Assembly: GCA_002362105.1 (NCBI GenBank)
Contig: DETD01000026.1
Location: 1,139 to 65,138 of the forward strand
DNA from: Bacteroidales bacterium UBA3297
GTDB taxonomy: Bacteria; Bacteroidota; Bacteroidia; Bacteroidales; Paludibacteraceae
DNA: 64,000 nt
Reading direction: 5' to 3'
This document shows, piece by piece, positions 27,163 through 36,928 of the stretch. A model generated the notes under the pieces. It saw only the letters and a program-made list of their open reading frames with translations. It was not told the DNA's origin and searched no databases. The position numbers were made by a program, and so were the translations under genes. Positions within the stretch are counted from its first letter, which is position 1; every line of letters starts with the position of its first letter.

Positions 27163-29251
27163 ACATTACATTGCCCCGTTGGTCTGAAATCTCACGGTAG
27201 ATGTTTTTGAGCATCATGTACTCCTTCATCTTGTCAACTCTCGACTTTTGGTCTTGGTCGGTGAGCATATCTTTCTCCTTTTGGCTTATCTCGTCTTTCA
27301 CAATCTGCCACTGTAAGTCAAGAATGATGCGGGGCACTTTCAGTATTAACTCGTTGTCGATATCGGGGTAGAGTGGGTCCATCAGCAGCTCGCTGGCAAC
27401 CCTGCTCACTTCTATGTCGGAGTTGTTAAGAAAGTGGCTTTGCGTGAGGTAGTTCGTATCGTTCATGTGCTCAAGTATGTCTTTTTTGATGCGTTGGTAG
27501 ATGGGATTCTGGAAGTCGATGTTGTCAATCTCCATCCGCATCAGTAAGATGTATTGGGCTACGGTTATTTTTGTCTTGTCTCCGTTGTCTTCCTCTTGCT
27601 GCATCAGTATGTCGTTCCCGTTTTTCAGCAGATAGTGGACGATGCTGCGCTCGTACGGCTCGTAGGGCGAAACCGGCATTTCAATCGGGTTGGTGGTCGT
27701 TGTTACCCGCTGTTGTGTGCCCGGTTGGATGAACTCTGTAGGAATGAGCGCCTCTAAAGGAATGTCTTCTGGAGTGCCGGCTATGTGCTGTTGACCGCTC
27801 TGGTCGTTGGCCGGGGTGGTGCTGGTATTGCTGGCCTCGGTGGCGGTTGTCGTATTGCCATAGGCGCTCGCATCCGTGTCTTCACCTTTCTGTTGCTTGT
27901 TGTAGGTCTCTAACAGTTTTTTCTGGCGCAACTCGCCCACCTGCTCGGTAAGGGCCAATTCGTTAGCGTCGAGCAAGCGGCTGCATTCTTGAATGTAGAC
28001 CGAGCGGCGTATCTTGTCGGGAATGGCGGCTATGGTCGATGCCGTCTCCATTATGGCACTGGCTTTGGCCAATGGGTTCTTAGCGATTTCCGGACCGAAG
28101 TGTTTGGCAAAGAACAGCACATAGTCTTGCTCGTTTTCGGTCAGGAACTGTTTGACCTCCTCGCCGCTGTGGTTCTGTGCAAAGGTGTCGGGGTCGTCGT
28201 CTGGTGGCAGAATTACCACATGCACATACAGCCCCTGTTCTAGCAGCAGTTTGCCGTTTTTCAGTGCAGCGTGAACGCCGGCTCCATCGCCGTCGTACAT
28301 CATTGTCACGTGCTTTTCTTCGCTGTCTTCACCGCCTACCGACGGAATGACGCGCTTCAGCAGCCTTATCTGTTCGCTGGTCAGTGCGGTACCGCATGGC
28401 GCCACAATGTTCTCAATGCCGGCCTGAACCATCGATATGACGTCGCAGTAACCTTCACTAATGTAGCACTTCTTCTCTTTCTGTATAGCTTTCTTTGCGA
28501 AATACAGTCCGTAGAGGGCGAACCTTTTCTGGTAGACATCGCTTTCTGGCGAATTCTGGTATTTGACCGGATCGTCGGCACGGAGAGTTCGGCCGCCGAA
28601 TGCGATAACCTGACCCGAAATGGAGTGGATTGGGAATATGGCACGGCTGGCAAAACGGTCGGTGGTGGGCCCGCCTTCGTGGGGTATAGAGGCTCCCAGT
28701 TTAACCAGGTACTCGGTCTTTATACCCTTGGTTGCGGCTTCCTTGGTGTAGTGGTCGCGCTCTTTTAGGGCGTAGCCTAGCTGGAATTTGTTGATGATGT
28801 CTTGACGGAAACGGCGCTTCTGCATAAAATAGGTCATACCTACCTGCTGGCCTTCGTCGCTTTCGTGCAGATTCTTTATGAAGTGCTGGTTCAGCCATTC
28901 GTTGGTGTGAATCAGACTTTCGCGCTCGTTGTGCTTCTGCCGGTCTTCTGCCGACATTTCTTTGTCTTCTACCTCAATGTGGTACTTGTTCGCCAGTATC
29001 TTGATGGCTTCAATGTAACTCACATTCTCAATGTTCATGATGAAACTGATGGGGTTACCGCCATTACCACACACGAAACAGTGGCAGAAGTTTTTGCTGG
29101 GTGACACATAGAATGAAGGACGTTTGTCGTCGTGGAACGGACAAAGTCCCACATAGTTGACTCCGCGGCGCTGTAGCGTCAGGTAGTCTTCTACTACTTC
29201 TTTAATTTCTGCGCGATCCTTTATCGCCTCTATGGTCTTTGCATCTATCAT
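27161..29251 (-). CDS. dnaG: DNA primase
   Basis: Track ORF starts at GTG 29266. I prefer ATG 29251 (MIDAKTIEAIKDRAEIKEVVEDY). It has the zinc-ribbon (CPFHDDKRPSFYVSPSKNFCHCFVCG) and TOPRIM region (YISEGYCDVISM, MYDGDGAG). Confidence 0.95.
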   Translation of the reverse strand: MIDAKTIEAIKDRAEIKEVVEDYLTLQRRGVNYVGLCPFHDDKRPSFYVSPSKNFCHCFVCGNGGNPISFIMNIENVSYIEAIKILANKYHIEVEDKEMSAEDRQKHNERESLIHTNEWLNQHFIKNLHESDEGQQVGMTYFMQKRRFRQDIINKFQLGYALKERDHYTKEAATKGIKTEYLVKLGASIPHEGGPTTDRFASRAIFPIHSISGQVIAFGGRTLRADDPVKYQNSPESDVYQKRFALYGLYFAKKAIQKEKKCYISEGYCDVISMVQAGIENIVAPCGTALTSEQIRLLKRVIPSVGGEDSEEKHVTMMYDGDGAGVHAALKNGKLLLEQGLYVHVVILPPDDDPDTFAQNHSGEEVKQFLTENEQDYVLFFAKHFGPEIAKNPLAKASAIMETASTIAAIPDKIRRSVYIQECSRLLDANELALTEQVGELRQKKLLETYNKQQKGEDTDASAYGNTTTATEASNTSTTPANDQSGQQHIAGTPEDIPLEALIPTEFIQPGTQQRVTTTTNPIEMPVSPYEPYERSIVHYLLKNGNDILMQQEEDNGDKTKITVAQYILLMRMEIDNIDFQNPIYQRIKKDILEHMNDTNYLTQSHFLNNSDIEVSRVASELLMDPLYPDIDNELILKVPRIILDLQWQIVKDEISQKEKDMLTDQDQKSRVDKMKEYMMLKNIYREISDQRGNVM

Positions 29252-29266
29252 AGTGCAAATATACAC

Positions 29267-29307
29267 AAAACAAAAAAGTGCAGGGAGAAATGCCCTGCAC
29301 TTTATTT
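29267..29307 (-). terminator. rho-independent terminator after the 335-aa lipoprotein gene
   Basis: A 9-bp stem, AGTGCAGGG (29277-29285) pairing with CCCTGCACT (29293-29301). A T-run follows on the minus strand (plus-strand A-run 29266-29276). Confidence 0.6.
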
Positions 29308-29332
29308 GAACATGGTTTGAACGAGGTCTTTG

Positions 29333-30340
29333 TTATAAAGAGATGCCTAGCAACGCCGAAATGGTTGCTGCGTTCACGTCGTCTTCTGAGTCGAACATGT
29401 CGACCAAAGCTGGTGAAACACCATTGTTCAGCAACCCTTGTTTGAAGGCTGCCTTATATTCGTCGGTACCGTTGCGGTAGGCCTCCTTGTAGGTGCCTAT
29501 CTGCTGAATGAGGTCGGCGTTGTTGATAATCTCGCCCAAGGTCTTTCCGTTCAGCGACTCCAGTACTTTTGCTGCCTCTGCTGCATCGGTTGTGCCCTGG
29601 TCAGCAGTCTCACCGCCATCAAGATTGATGCCGAAAATAACCATAGCAGTTTCTTTCGGATGCTCAGAGTCCATAACCTGTTGTACAAGAGTCTCTCCAA
29701 TACCAGTGGCAATGGCGGTTGCCTTCACGTAGGTGCTTCTGTAGATGGAGTTGCTGCTTAACTGGTATTTTCCTTTGATCTCTTTTTCGAGGAGGTCAAG
29801 TGCGGCCTCTTTCTCTTCTTGGGTACTATTGTTGTTCGTCAATGTCTCGTAGGCATTGCCCAGCGTTTTACCGTCTTCATATCCGTTCAGGTATTGCGCT
29901 GCGTTTGCAAGAACCGACGACTTCTCGTCAGGAGAAAGGCTGGTAATGATGGCAGAAATGCCGGTGTTGCCGATGTTTGTGTCGGTAAACAGCTTGCTCA
30001 CGGTTGTATCTTCTAAACCGGTGGCGTCTGAAATAAAACGTTCAACTTGTCCAAGATAGTCTGGATTGCCTTTCGACAAGACTTCTTGAATTTTTGACTT
30101 CGCATTAGAGAGGTTTTCCTCTAGCTTGCTTTTCCCGGTTTCTGAAAATCCGCTTTCTTCTGCTGCAATATAGTCAAGCAAACTGCTGGCTATGTTGGCT
30201 GCAGCCTCTTGCGAATTTTGTTGTTGGACTTTTTGCTCGTTGGCATTTTCGTCTTCGTCGTCGTTGTTACAACTTTGTGTGCAAACCGAGAAACTCAATA
30301 AGGAGGCAAATGCGAGAAAACTTACATATTTTTTCTTCAT
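29333..30340 (-). CDS. acidic lipoprotein of unknown function (probably surface-exposed)
   Basis: 335-aa ORF. The signal peptide with Cys is followed by an acidic run (SVCTQSCNNDDEDENANEQ). The protein is Ala/Glu/Asn-rich and predicted helical. It contains internal modules related to the 143-aa neighbour (..YKAAF.., ..ATGIGETL..). Confidence 0.6.
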   Translation of the reverse strand: MKKKYVSFLAFASLLSFSVCTQSCNNDDEDENANEQKVQQQNSQEAAANIASSLLDYIAAEESGFSETGKSKLEENLSNAKSKIQEVLSKGNPDYLGQVERFISDATGLEDTTVSKLFTDTNIGNTGISAIITSLSPDEKSSVLANAAQYLNGYEDGKTLGNAYETLTNNNSTQEEKEAALDLLEKEIKGKYQLSSNSIYRSTYVKATAIATGIGETLVQQVMDSEHPKETAMVIFGINLDGGETADQGTTDAAEAAKVLESLNGKTLGEIINNADLIQQIGTYKEAYRNGTDEYKAAFKQGLLNNGVSPALVDMFDSEDDVNAATISALLGISL

Positions 30341-30383
30341 GGTAATGTAGTATTTAGTTTTAAACTAGTGTAAATAAATTACT

Positions 30384-30391
30384 CAAATATA
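30384..30391 (-). promoter_or_regulatory. candidate -7 promoter box (TATATTTG) for the 335-aa lipoprotein gene
   Basis: The minus strand reads TATATTTG, 44 nt upstream of ATG 30340. Confidence 0.4.
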
Positions 30392-30436
30392 GGTATTTAA
30401 ATAATACGATGTGCTAAAAAGACGAATTTTTTCTAA

Positions 30437-30470
30437 ATAAAAAAGCCAGATGCGGTTGCACCTGGCTTAA
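30437..30470 (-). terminator. rho-independent terminator after the 143-aa lipoprotein gene
   Basis: Stem AAGCCAG (30443-30449) pairs with CTGGCTT (30462-30468), with inner TGC/GCA pairs. A T-run follows on the minus strand (plus-strand AAATAAAAAA). Confidence 0.55.
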
Positions 30471-30490
30471 AACTCGCTAAAGCTGTTCTT

Positions 30491-30922
30491 TTAGTCTTCT
30501 GTGCTATTGTCGTCCGAGAATATGGTCTCCAACAATCCTTTCAGAGCTGAAACAGAGGAACTGTTCTCAAGCAGGTTTGTAACGGTTTCTGCATCGCCGA
30601 TACCGCCGGCTGCTGCTACGAAAGCGGCCTTGTAGGTATAGCTCTGGCTTTTCTTGTATTTCTTGCCATAAGTAACCATCTGGGTCATGCTGGTAATGCC
30701 ACTAACAGAAGTTACACCATTCTCTTTTACATCGGCGTATGCATCGGCATAGGCCTTACCGTCGTTAGAGCCCTGCTCAAAAGCGGTTTTTATGTCTGCT
30801 GTGTCAACTGTGGTAATTCCACCGTTGTTGTCGTCATCGTCGTCGTCGCTACAAGCAGCGTTGTTGAAACCTACGAATACGAGCAGTGCTGTTGAAAAGA
30901 GGGCCAATAATTTCTTTTTCAT
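30491..30922 (-). CDS. small acidic lipoprotein of unknown function
   Basis: 143-aa ORF. The lipoprotein signal ends in NNAAC and is followed by SDDDDDDNNGG. It shares the motif YTYKAAFVAAAGGIGDAETV with modules of the 335-aa neighbour. Confidence 0.6.
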   Translation of the reverse strand: MKKKLLALFSTALLVFVGFNNAACSDDDDDDNNGGITTVDTADIKTAFEQGSNDGKAYADAYADVKENGVTSVSGITSMTQMVTYGKKYKKSQSYTYKAAFVAAAGGIGDAETVTNLLENSSSVSALKGLLETIFSDDNSTED

Positions 30923-30963
30923 TTTCTGGATAAATTAAGTATTTGTTAAATTGTTTGTAATCT

Positions 30964-31668
30964 TTATTTCTCGGCAGAAGCCAACGCCATCATGCTGATT
31001 TTTACGTTTACCCCACTAAATGCCTTTGCACAGGCTTCTAGGGTGGCCCCCGTCGTCAGCACATCGTCGATAATGGCTATGTGCCGGCTTTCAACTTTGT
31101 CTAAGTTGCGTGTGGCGAAAATGTCTTTGACGTTTTCCCGACGCTCTTCGGCGGTCTTTTTCGTTTGCGTGGTGTTCGCTGTCTTTCTGTACAAGACGTC
31201 TGTCACTACGGGTTTGCCAAGCGACTGACCTATGCCTCGGGCTATGCATTCTGCCTGATTGTAACCGCGGACTTTCAGTTTGTCGGGGTGGAGTGGTACT
31301 GGTACTAGTAGGTCAATGTCTTCCCACCTTCCGCCTCTTAGCTCGGTGCCGAATTGGTAGCCTAACGCCTCGCCTAGTTGGCTGAATCCGCGATATTTGA
31401 TTCCGTGTAGCAGTTTTTGTGTCATGTTGCCTTTCTCGAAGTAGAGAAACGTGGTTGCCATCTCTACTTTTACCCTTCCGTAGAAGCGTTGTTCAAAACT
31501 GTTGCCCTCCTCTTCGTGACGATGGGTGTAGGAAAGACGGGTGCGGCAGTCGAGGCAGATTAAATCCTCTCCTCTGGCAAGCACGTTGTCGCAACAGACA
31601 CACAGTCTAGGGTAGAACAATTGGGTGAAATCAGACAGCGTGTCTTTTATCCAACTCCCTAATTTCAT
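30964..31668 (-). CDS. ComF-family phosphoribosyltransferase-domain protein
   Basis: 234-aa ORF with an N-terminal Cys4 cluster (CVCC...CLDC) and a C-terminal PRTase motif (IAIIDDVLTTGATLEA). Confidence 0.8.
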   Translation of the reverse strand: MKLGSWIKDTLSDFTQLFYPRLCVCCDNVLARGEDLICLDCRTRLSYTHRHEEEGNSFEQRFYGRVKVEMATTFLYFEKGNMTQKLLHGIKYRGFSQLGEALGYQFGTELRGGRWEDIDLLVPVPLHPDKLKVRGYNQAECIARGIGQSLGKPVVTDVLYRKTANTTQTKKTAEERRENVKDIFATRNLDKVESRHIAIIDDVLTTGATLEACAKAFSGVNVKISMMALASAEK

Positions 31669-31680
31669 GCCGTGTTGTCC

Positions 31681-32544
31681 TTAGCTGTTCTTCTTGGTGT
31701 CGAGTCTGCCAAACACTTTTTTCAGCACGTCGTTTACGCGGGCGTTCACATTGGTGCGAATCTGGTATTCCTGGTCTGCGACTTTTGTGAACAGACCATC
31801 GAGCGCTTTGCCGGTAATGTAGTCAGAAAGGTCGTTGTTGACCTCTTGAACCGACTGAACGCTGGCATACTGGCTGCTAGTGATGACACCGGTTAACTGT
31901 GCGGCTGTAAGTCCGGCTTTGACAGTCTTGTCGCTGATGACATTTGCCAACTTGTTGTTGTAGTCGGCAAATTTCGTCCAGGCAGATGTGGTGGTAACAC
32001 CGGCAACTTTCACGCTGTTCAACGAGGAAGTTACAGGTTCGTGGAACGCACTCTGCAACTGGGTCGCTGTGTTATCGTGCAAGTAAGAGGTGGCAGCGTT
32101 GTCTGCTCCGAAAAGGATGCTTTCTGCATCGCTGATCGTCATCTTTGTGATGGCACTCTTGAAAATATTTACCGACTTTGGTGCTGCGTCTTCGGCGGCA
32201 CTGTTAAACAGCTTTATGAAGGTATTCTCGTCAGGAATGCTGGAGTTTGTTGCGTTAAGAAGCTTACTGAAGGTCTCGTTTTTCGACAAGGCCTGTACTG
32301 CGCTGAATGCGGTGGCTGCTTCTTCTGGCATGCCGATCTTTACGGCTGCATCGTTCAAATAACCGCCGTCTTTGCTCAAATTGGTTGCTGCGGTGTCGAT
32401 GCCGACGCTGAGGGCTGACTTTAATCCGGTAGCTACTTCTGAGTCTTCTGTGATTGCGTCGAGAACGCTTGACGCCTCGTCGCAACTATATGATGCCAAT
32501 AAGATGGCGCCTGCGCATGCGCTTTTGAGTACGATGTTTTTCAT
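31681..32544 (-). CDS. DUF4197-like lipoprotein
   Basis: 287-aa ORF with a lipoprotein signal (ILLASYSC). The segment ATGLKSALSVGIDTAATNLSKDGGYLNDAAVKIGMPEEA resembles the conserved N-terminal block of DUF4197 proteins. The assignment is from memory. Confidence 0.55.
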   Translation of the reverse strand: MKNIVLKSACAGAILLASYSCDEASSVLDAITEDSEVATGLKSALSVGIDTAATNLSKDGGYLNDAAVKIGMPEEAATAFSAVQALSKNETFSKLLNATNSSIPDENTFIKLFNSAAEDAAPKSVNIFKSAITKMTISDAESILFGADNAATSYLHDNTATQLQSAFHEPVTSSLNSVKVAGVTTTSAWTKFADYNNKLANVISDKTVKAGLTAAQLTGVITSSQYASVQSVQEVNNDLSDYITGKALDGLFTKVADQEYQIRTNVNARVNDVLKKVFGRLDTKKNS

Positions 32545-32644
32545 AAATTCTATTGTTTAGTTGTTTTTATTCGTTCATTACAAAAATTAGTCCGAACTTC
32601 CTTTCTGGGAAAATAAATTATATGAAAATACGGATTTTTTGCGT

Positions 32645-33307
32645 TTATTGTTGGTTTTCTACAATTTTTCCGTCCTCCATGCTAATGACGCGGTCCGATA
32701 TTTTTGCCAGGTCTTGGTCGTGGGTGACGATGACGATGGTTTGACCCATTTTGTCGCGTAAATCGAATAACAGACGGTACAGTTCGGCCTTGTTTTTAGA
32801 GTCGAGACTGCCCGATGGCTCGTCGGCTAGCAGGATGTCGGGCTCGTTTATGAGTGCCCTGGCCACTGCTACGCGTTGCTTTTCTCCGCCCGACAACTCG
32901 TTCGGACGGTGGTTGGCACGGTCTTGAATGCCTAGATACTCCAACAGTTGCTTCGCTTTTTCCTGTGCATCTTTACTAGACTTGTGCGCTATGAGGGCTG
33001 GAATGCAGATGTTCTCGAGAGCACTGAATTCGGGAAGTAGCTGGTGAAACTGGAAGACGAAGCCGATGTGCTTGTTACGGAATGCCGATAATTCTTTCTC
33101 GTTGAGGGAAAGGACGTCCTGCCCGTTTATACAGACGGTCCCGTTGTCGGGCTTCGACAGTGTGCCTACTATTTGCAACAGGGTCGTCTTGCCGGCTCCG
33201 CTGGGGCCGATAATGGAGACCACCTCGCCTTTGCCGATATGGAGGTTTATGCCTTTTAAGACTTGCAGACTGCCAAAACTCTTGTTGATGTTCTCGACTT
33301 TAATCAT
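32645..33307 (-). CDS. ABC transporter ATP-binding protein (LolD/MacB-type subfamily)
   Basis: 220-aa ORF with Walker A (GPSGAGKTT), ABC signature ([14 protein letters not shown]) and Walker B (ILLADEP). No permease gene is adjacent in the window. Confidence 0.85.
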   Translation of the reverse strand: MIKVENINKSFGSLQVLKGINLHIGKGEVVSIIGPSGAGKTTLLQIVGTLSKPDNGTVCINGQDVLSLNEKELSAFRNKHIGFVFQFHQLLPEFSALENICIPALIAHKSSKDAQEKAKQLLEYLGIQDRANHRPNELSGGEKQRVAVARALINEPDILLADEPSGSLDSKNKAELYRLLFDLRDKMGQTIVIVTHDQDLAKISDRVISMEDGKIVENQQ

Positions 33308-34079
33308 TACTCTTCTTTAATTTAGAAAGGTATTGCTCCAGTTTCTCTTGCGAAATGCCCGTTTCTATGTTCCCAAATTCAGACCAGGATATCCGACCGG
33401 TCTCTTCTGAAACCACAATGGCCCAGGCGTCCGATTTTTCGGTAATGCCTAAAGCGGCCCTGTGACGCAGTCCGAGGTCTGGATCAACATCGGTCTTATG
33501 GGTGACGGGTAGGATGCAGCTTGCCGCCTTTATCCTTCCGTTCGATATCAGCATTGCACCGTCGTGCAGGGGCGAGTTTTTGAAGAAAATGTTCTCTATC
33601 AGACGCTCGCTGATTTTTGCGTCGATGCGCTCGCCGGTGTCTTCAATGTAGCGGAGGTCGATGTTGTGCGGAATGACGATGAGCGCTCCCACTTTGTTGC
33701 GGGCCATGTTTTTGCACGCTATCACAATCTGCATAATGTCGTCGTTCTCGATTTTTTGCTCGTTGAAGTTTAGCACGCGGGTGAGGAAGCGAGAGAAAAA
33801 GTTCTGACGGGAGCCGAGTTTCGTGAAGAATTGTCTGATCTCGTCTTGAAAGAGGACGATGAGCGCAATGACGCCTACGTTGACAATCTGGTCCATTATG
33901 GCGCCCAACAACTGCATTTGGAACACGAAGCTAACGACAAGCCAGACGGTAATGAAGAACAGCACGCCCACAAAGAGTCTGTTGGCCGATGTGCCCTTCA
34001 AATCTTTGTATAGCCTGTAGAGAATGCAGGCTACTACAATGATGTCGATATAGTCGATAAAACGAGGTCCGAAACGCAT
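33300..34079 (-). CDS. cdaA: diadenylate cyclase CdaA (membrane-anchored DAC domain)
   Basis: 259-aa ORF with three N-terminal TM helices. The DisA_N/DAC domain has GALIVI, the HDGA-type motif ([10 protein letters not shown]) and RHRAALG. It overlaps the downstream ABC ATPase gene by 8 nt. Confidence 0.85.
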   Translation of the reverse strand: MRFGPRFIDYIDIIVVACILYRLYKDLKGTSANRLFVGVLFFITVWLVVSFVFQMQLLGAIMDQIVNVGVIALIVLFQDEIRQFFTKLGSRQNFFSRFLTRVLNFNEQKIENDDIMQIVIACKNMARNKVGALIVIPHNIDLRYIEDTGERIDAKISERLIENIFFKNSPLHDGAMLISNGRIKAASCILPVTHKTDVDPDLGLRHRAALGITEKSDAWAIVVSEETGRISWSEFGNIETGISQEKLEQYLSKLKKSND

Positions 34080-34097
34080 TTTTCCTATTGTCTAATA

Positions 34098-34958
34098 TTA
34101 TAAGGTGTTGTTGCCGTTTTTTCTCAGCTCTTTACAGATTTTTATGGTTTCTACCGCTTCTTTTACGTCGTGTACGCGGAGTATGTCTGCACCTTTCAGC
34201 AAAGAGATGGTGTTGAGTACGGTTACTCCGTTTAGCGACTCTTCTGCATTGCAGCCCAGCACCTGCCAGATCATCCTTTTTCTGGAAATGCCGACCAACA
34301 GGGGCAGACCGAATTGCTGGAACAAGTCCATGTTGGCCATGAGTTCGTAGTTTTGCGCAATGTTTTTCGCAAAACCAAACCCTGGGTCGAGAATGACGTC
34401 GTTCACACCCAGTTTGCGAAGTCGGGCCAATTTCTCTGCAAAATAACGAAAAATATCTTTTGTTATGTTCTCATATTCTGTTTTTTGTTGCATCTCTTGC
34501 ACTGTATGGCCTACCGTATGCATCAGAATGTATGGCGCGTGCAGTTCGGCGGCGGCTTCGAAAATGCCGTCTTCAATCAGTCCGCCCGATATGTCGTTGA
34601 TGATGTCGGCCCCACAATGTCCGATACCTTCTTTTGCCACTTTCGCCCTGAACGTGTCGATGGAGATGGGGGTGTCGTGGTCGATGCTGCGGATGGCTTC
34701 CACGGCCATACATACACGGTCGCACTCTTCCTGTTCGCTGACATCGCTGGCACCCGGACGGGTCGAGAATCCGCCAACGTCGATAATGCCGCCTCCTTGC
34801 GCGACAATTTCTTCGGCGCGTCGCTTAATGGCGTCGGTGTCGCGGAAACGGCTGCCCTCGTAAAAAGAGTCGGGGGTTATGTTTACGATGCCCATCACAA
34901 CCGGGGTGTCTAGGGATATGAGCTTGCCATTGCAATTGAGGACTTTAGGTGTAGACAT
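34098..34958 (-). CDS. folP: dihydropteroate synthase
   Basis: 286-aa ORF with pterin-binding DHPS motifs (MGIVNITPDSFYEGS, IIDVGG.STRPGA, ISIDT, INDISGG, RVHDV). Confidence 0.9.
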   Translation of the reverse strand: MSTPKVLNCNGKLISLDTPVVMGIVNITPDSFYEGSRFRDTDAIKRRAEEIVAQGGGIIDVGGFSTRPGASDVSEQEECDRVCMAVEAIRSIDHDTPISIDTFRAKVAKEGIGHCGADIINDISGGLIEDGIFEAAAELHAPYILMHTVGHTVQEMQQKTEYENITKDIFRYFAEKLARLRKLGVNDVILDPGFGFAKNIAQNYELMANMDLFQQFGLPLLVGISRKRMIWQVLGCNAEESLNGVTVLNTISLLKGADILRVHDVKEAVETIKICKELRKNGNNTL

Positions 34959-35007
34959 TTTACTTTTTTTTGTGTTGGCTGTAAAAAATGTTTGATTTTT
35001 ATTTCTA

Positions 35008-35015
35008 CAAAGATA
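35008..35015 (-). promoter_or_regulatory. candidate -7 promoter box (TATCTTTG) for folP-cdaA
   Basis: The minus strand reads TATCTTTG, 50 nt upstream of ATG 34958. Confidence 0.4.
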
Positions 35016-35024
35016 GAAAATCTA

Positions 35025-35032
35025 TATCTTTG
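35025..35032 (+). promoter_or_regulatory. candidate -7 promoter box (TATCTTTG) for the GldJ-like gene
   Basis: TATCTTTG on the plus strand is divergent from the folP box and would give a ~200-nt leader. A second candidate, TAGGTTTG, lies at 35133-35140. Confidence 0.35.
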
Positions 35033-35243
35033 CCCAATCACTGACTAAAATACTATTTCGATTTGGATGGTGTTTTTGAAGTTGTGTGGGCAGAAAAAAC
35101 GAATTTGTTTGGAGAATATCGTTTTTTTTAGTTAGGTTTGCATTCGCTATCGACTAAGAAGACGATGGTCTCGCAAAATTTTTTTTGTTTTGCCTGATAA
35201 ACTAATTTTATTACGTAAACAATTATCTTATTCATAAAGTACT

Positions 35244-36803
35244 ATGAAACACGTAAAGCTTTTAAAGCTGGCGGCATTACTGCTTGTGGTGGGTGCGACT
35301 CTCCCATCTTGCGGTAAGAAGTCTTTGAAAGACTCCCAAGCCTCTAATGTTACAGGTTGGAAGTATAATGACAAGGAAAACGGCGGTTTCCAGGTTGTAA
35401 CTGGTTATGAACAGGACACTCCTCCGGGCATGACTTTCATCCAGGGTGGTACCTTTACAATGGGCCGCGTTATTGAAGATGTAATTGGTGACTGGAACAA
35501 TATTCCACGTCGTGTAACTGTTGCATCTTTCTATATGGACCAATACGAAATCAGCAACGTTAACTGGCGTGAATACTTGCACTGGATGGGTCAGGTGTTC
35601 CACAATACTCCAGAATTGATTGAAAAATGTTTGCCTGATACATTGGTATGGCGTGAAGAAATGGCTTACAACGAGCCTTATTTGGATTACTACTTCTCTC
35701 ACGTCGCTTACAACTATTATCCAGTTGTAGGTATTAGCTGGGAACAGGCATGTGACTACTGCTTGTGGCGTAGCGACCGTGTGAACGAAAAACGTATGGT
35801 TGATGCTGGTGTAATCCAGTATCCTGACTTCCAGGCTTTGAAGGGCAATACCGATTCTGACGATATCAGAAACAACCAGGTGTTCAATACCGACAAGTAT
35901 ATTGCTAAGCCTGACTACAAGCCAACTGAAGGTAAGAAGGGTATGAAGGACGTATACGGAAATGCTCGTAAGACTAACATGTCTGACGGTATCCTCCTTC
36001 CTAAGTTCCGTCTCCCAACCGAAGCTGAATGGGAATATGCAGCATATGGTACCAAGTCTGTTGAAGGCGAAGAAAACTACGAGGAAAAGAAGATTTATCC
36101 TTGGTATGGTCACCAGATGCGTAACCCTGATAAGAAGTATCGTGGTGAAATGAACGCCAACTTCGTCCGTGGACGAGGCGATATGATGGGTATGGGTGGT
36201 AAGTTGAACGATAAGGCCACCATTACTGCTCCAGTTGACGCTTTCTTCCCTAACGAGTTCGGTCTTTACAATATGGCCGGTAACGTTAACGAATGGTGTT
36301 TGGACGTTTATCGTCCTCTTACCAGCGACGATGAACAGGAATACAACCCATTCCGTGGTAACGTATACACTGTAATGAAGACTGAGGAAGGTACTATCGA
36401 CGGTTCTGAAGGTACTGTTAAACTCCCTGTTATCGATGAATACGGTCGTGTGACTTTCGCTATCGATGCTGACTCTACAACTTCTCAGGCTGTTATCGCT
36501 AAACTCGATGTTCGTAACTTCAAGGATGGTGATGCTGGAAGTAGCTTGAACAGCTGGAAGGATACTGAACTTTCTCCAGATGCTACTACTAAGAAGATGT
36601 ACGATCCTGATACTGACGCTGAGTCAATGCTTACTACTAAGATCTCTAACACCGTTCGTGTCTACAAGGGTGGAGGTTGGAAAGATCGTGCTTATTGGTT
36701 GAACCCAGGACAGCGCCGTTATCTTGAGCAGACTGAAAAACGTAGCGATATCGGTTTCCGTTGCGCAATGAGTAAGGTAGGTCCTGAAGATGATGACAGA
36801 TAA
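35244..36803 (+). CDS. gldJ: GldJ-like lipoprotein (FGE-sulfatase/SUMF1 fold; gliding/T9SS-associated family)
   Basis: 519-aa ORF with a lipoprotein signal (VVGATLPSCGKK). The N-terminus reads SNVTGWKYNDKENGGFQV. SUMF1-fold blocks are present (FIQGGTFTMG, RVYKGGGWKD, IGFRCA). murF lies immediately downstream, the arrangement I recall for gldJ in other Bacteroidota. A GldK/PorK paralogue cannot be fully excluded. Confidence 0.65.
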   Translation: MKHVKLLKLAALLLVVGATLPSCGKKSLKDSQASNVTGWKYNDKENGGFQVVTGYEQDTPPGMTFIQGGTFTMGRVIEDVIGDWNNIPRRVTVASFYMDQYEISNVNWREYLHWMGQVFHNTPELIEKCLPDTLVWREEMAYNEPYLDYYFSHVAYNYYPVVGISWEQACDYCLWRSDRVNEKRMVDAGVIQYPDFQALKGNTDSDDIRNNQVFNTDKYIAKPDYKPTEGKKGMKDVYGNARKTNMSDGILLPKFRLPTEAEWEYAAYGTKSVEGEENYEEKKIYPWYGHQMRNPDKKYRGEMNANFVRGRGDMMGMGGKLNDKATITAPVDAFFPNEFGLYNMAGNVNEWCLDVYRPLTSDDEQEYNPFRGNVYTVMKTEEGTIDGSEGTVKLPVIDEYGRVTFAIDADSTTSQAVIAKLDVRNFKDGDAGSSLNSWKDTELSPDATTKKMYDPDTDAESMLTTKISNTVRVYKGGGWKDRAYWLNPGQRRYLEQTEKRSDIGFRCAMSKVGPEDDDR

Positions 36804-36828
36804 TTGTAGCTACTCATAATAGTGATAG

Positions 36829-36859
36829 ACCCCCAGTTTTATAATTGGGGGTTTTTTAT
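36829..36859 (+). terminator. rho-independent terminator after the GldJ-like gene
   Basis: Stem ACCCCCAG (36829-36836) pairs with TTGGGGGT (36845-36852), including one G-U pair, and is followed by TTTTTATTT. Confidence 0.6.
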
Positions 36860-36928
36860 TTAATTAGGAGTTTGCGTCGTCTGACTTTTTTTTGATGCAC
36901 TCCTGGCTTTTTCTTTACTGGTTTTAGA

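Noticed and set aside
29254-29262. A TATATTTG -7-like box on the minus strand immediately upstream of dnaG.
   Set aside because: It lies only ~3 nt from the conserved MIDAKTIE start codon at 29251, so a transcript initiated from it would begin inside the gene. It is either coincidental or implies an unusual leaderless arrangement, so I did not call it.
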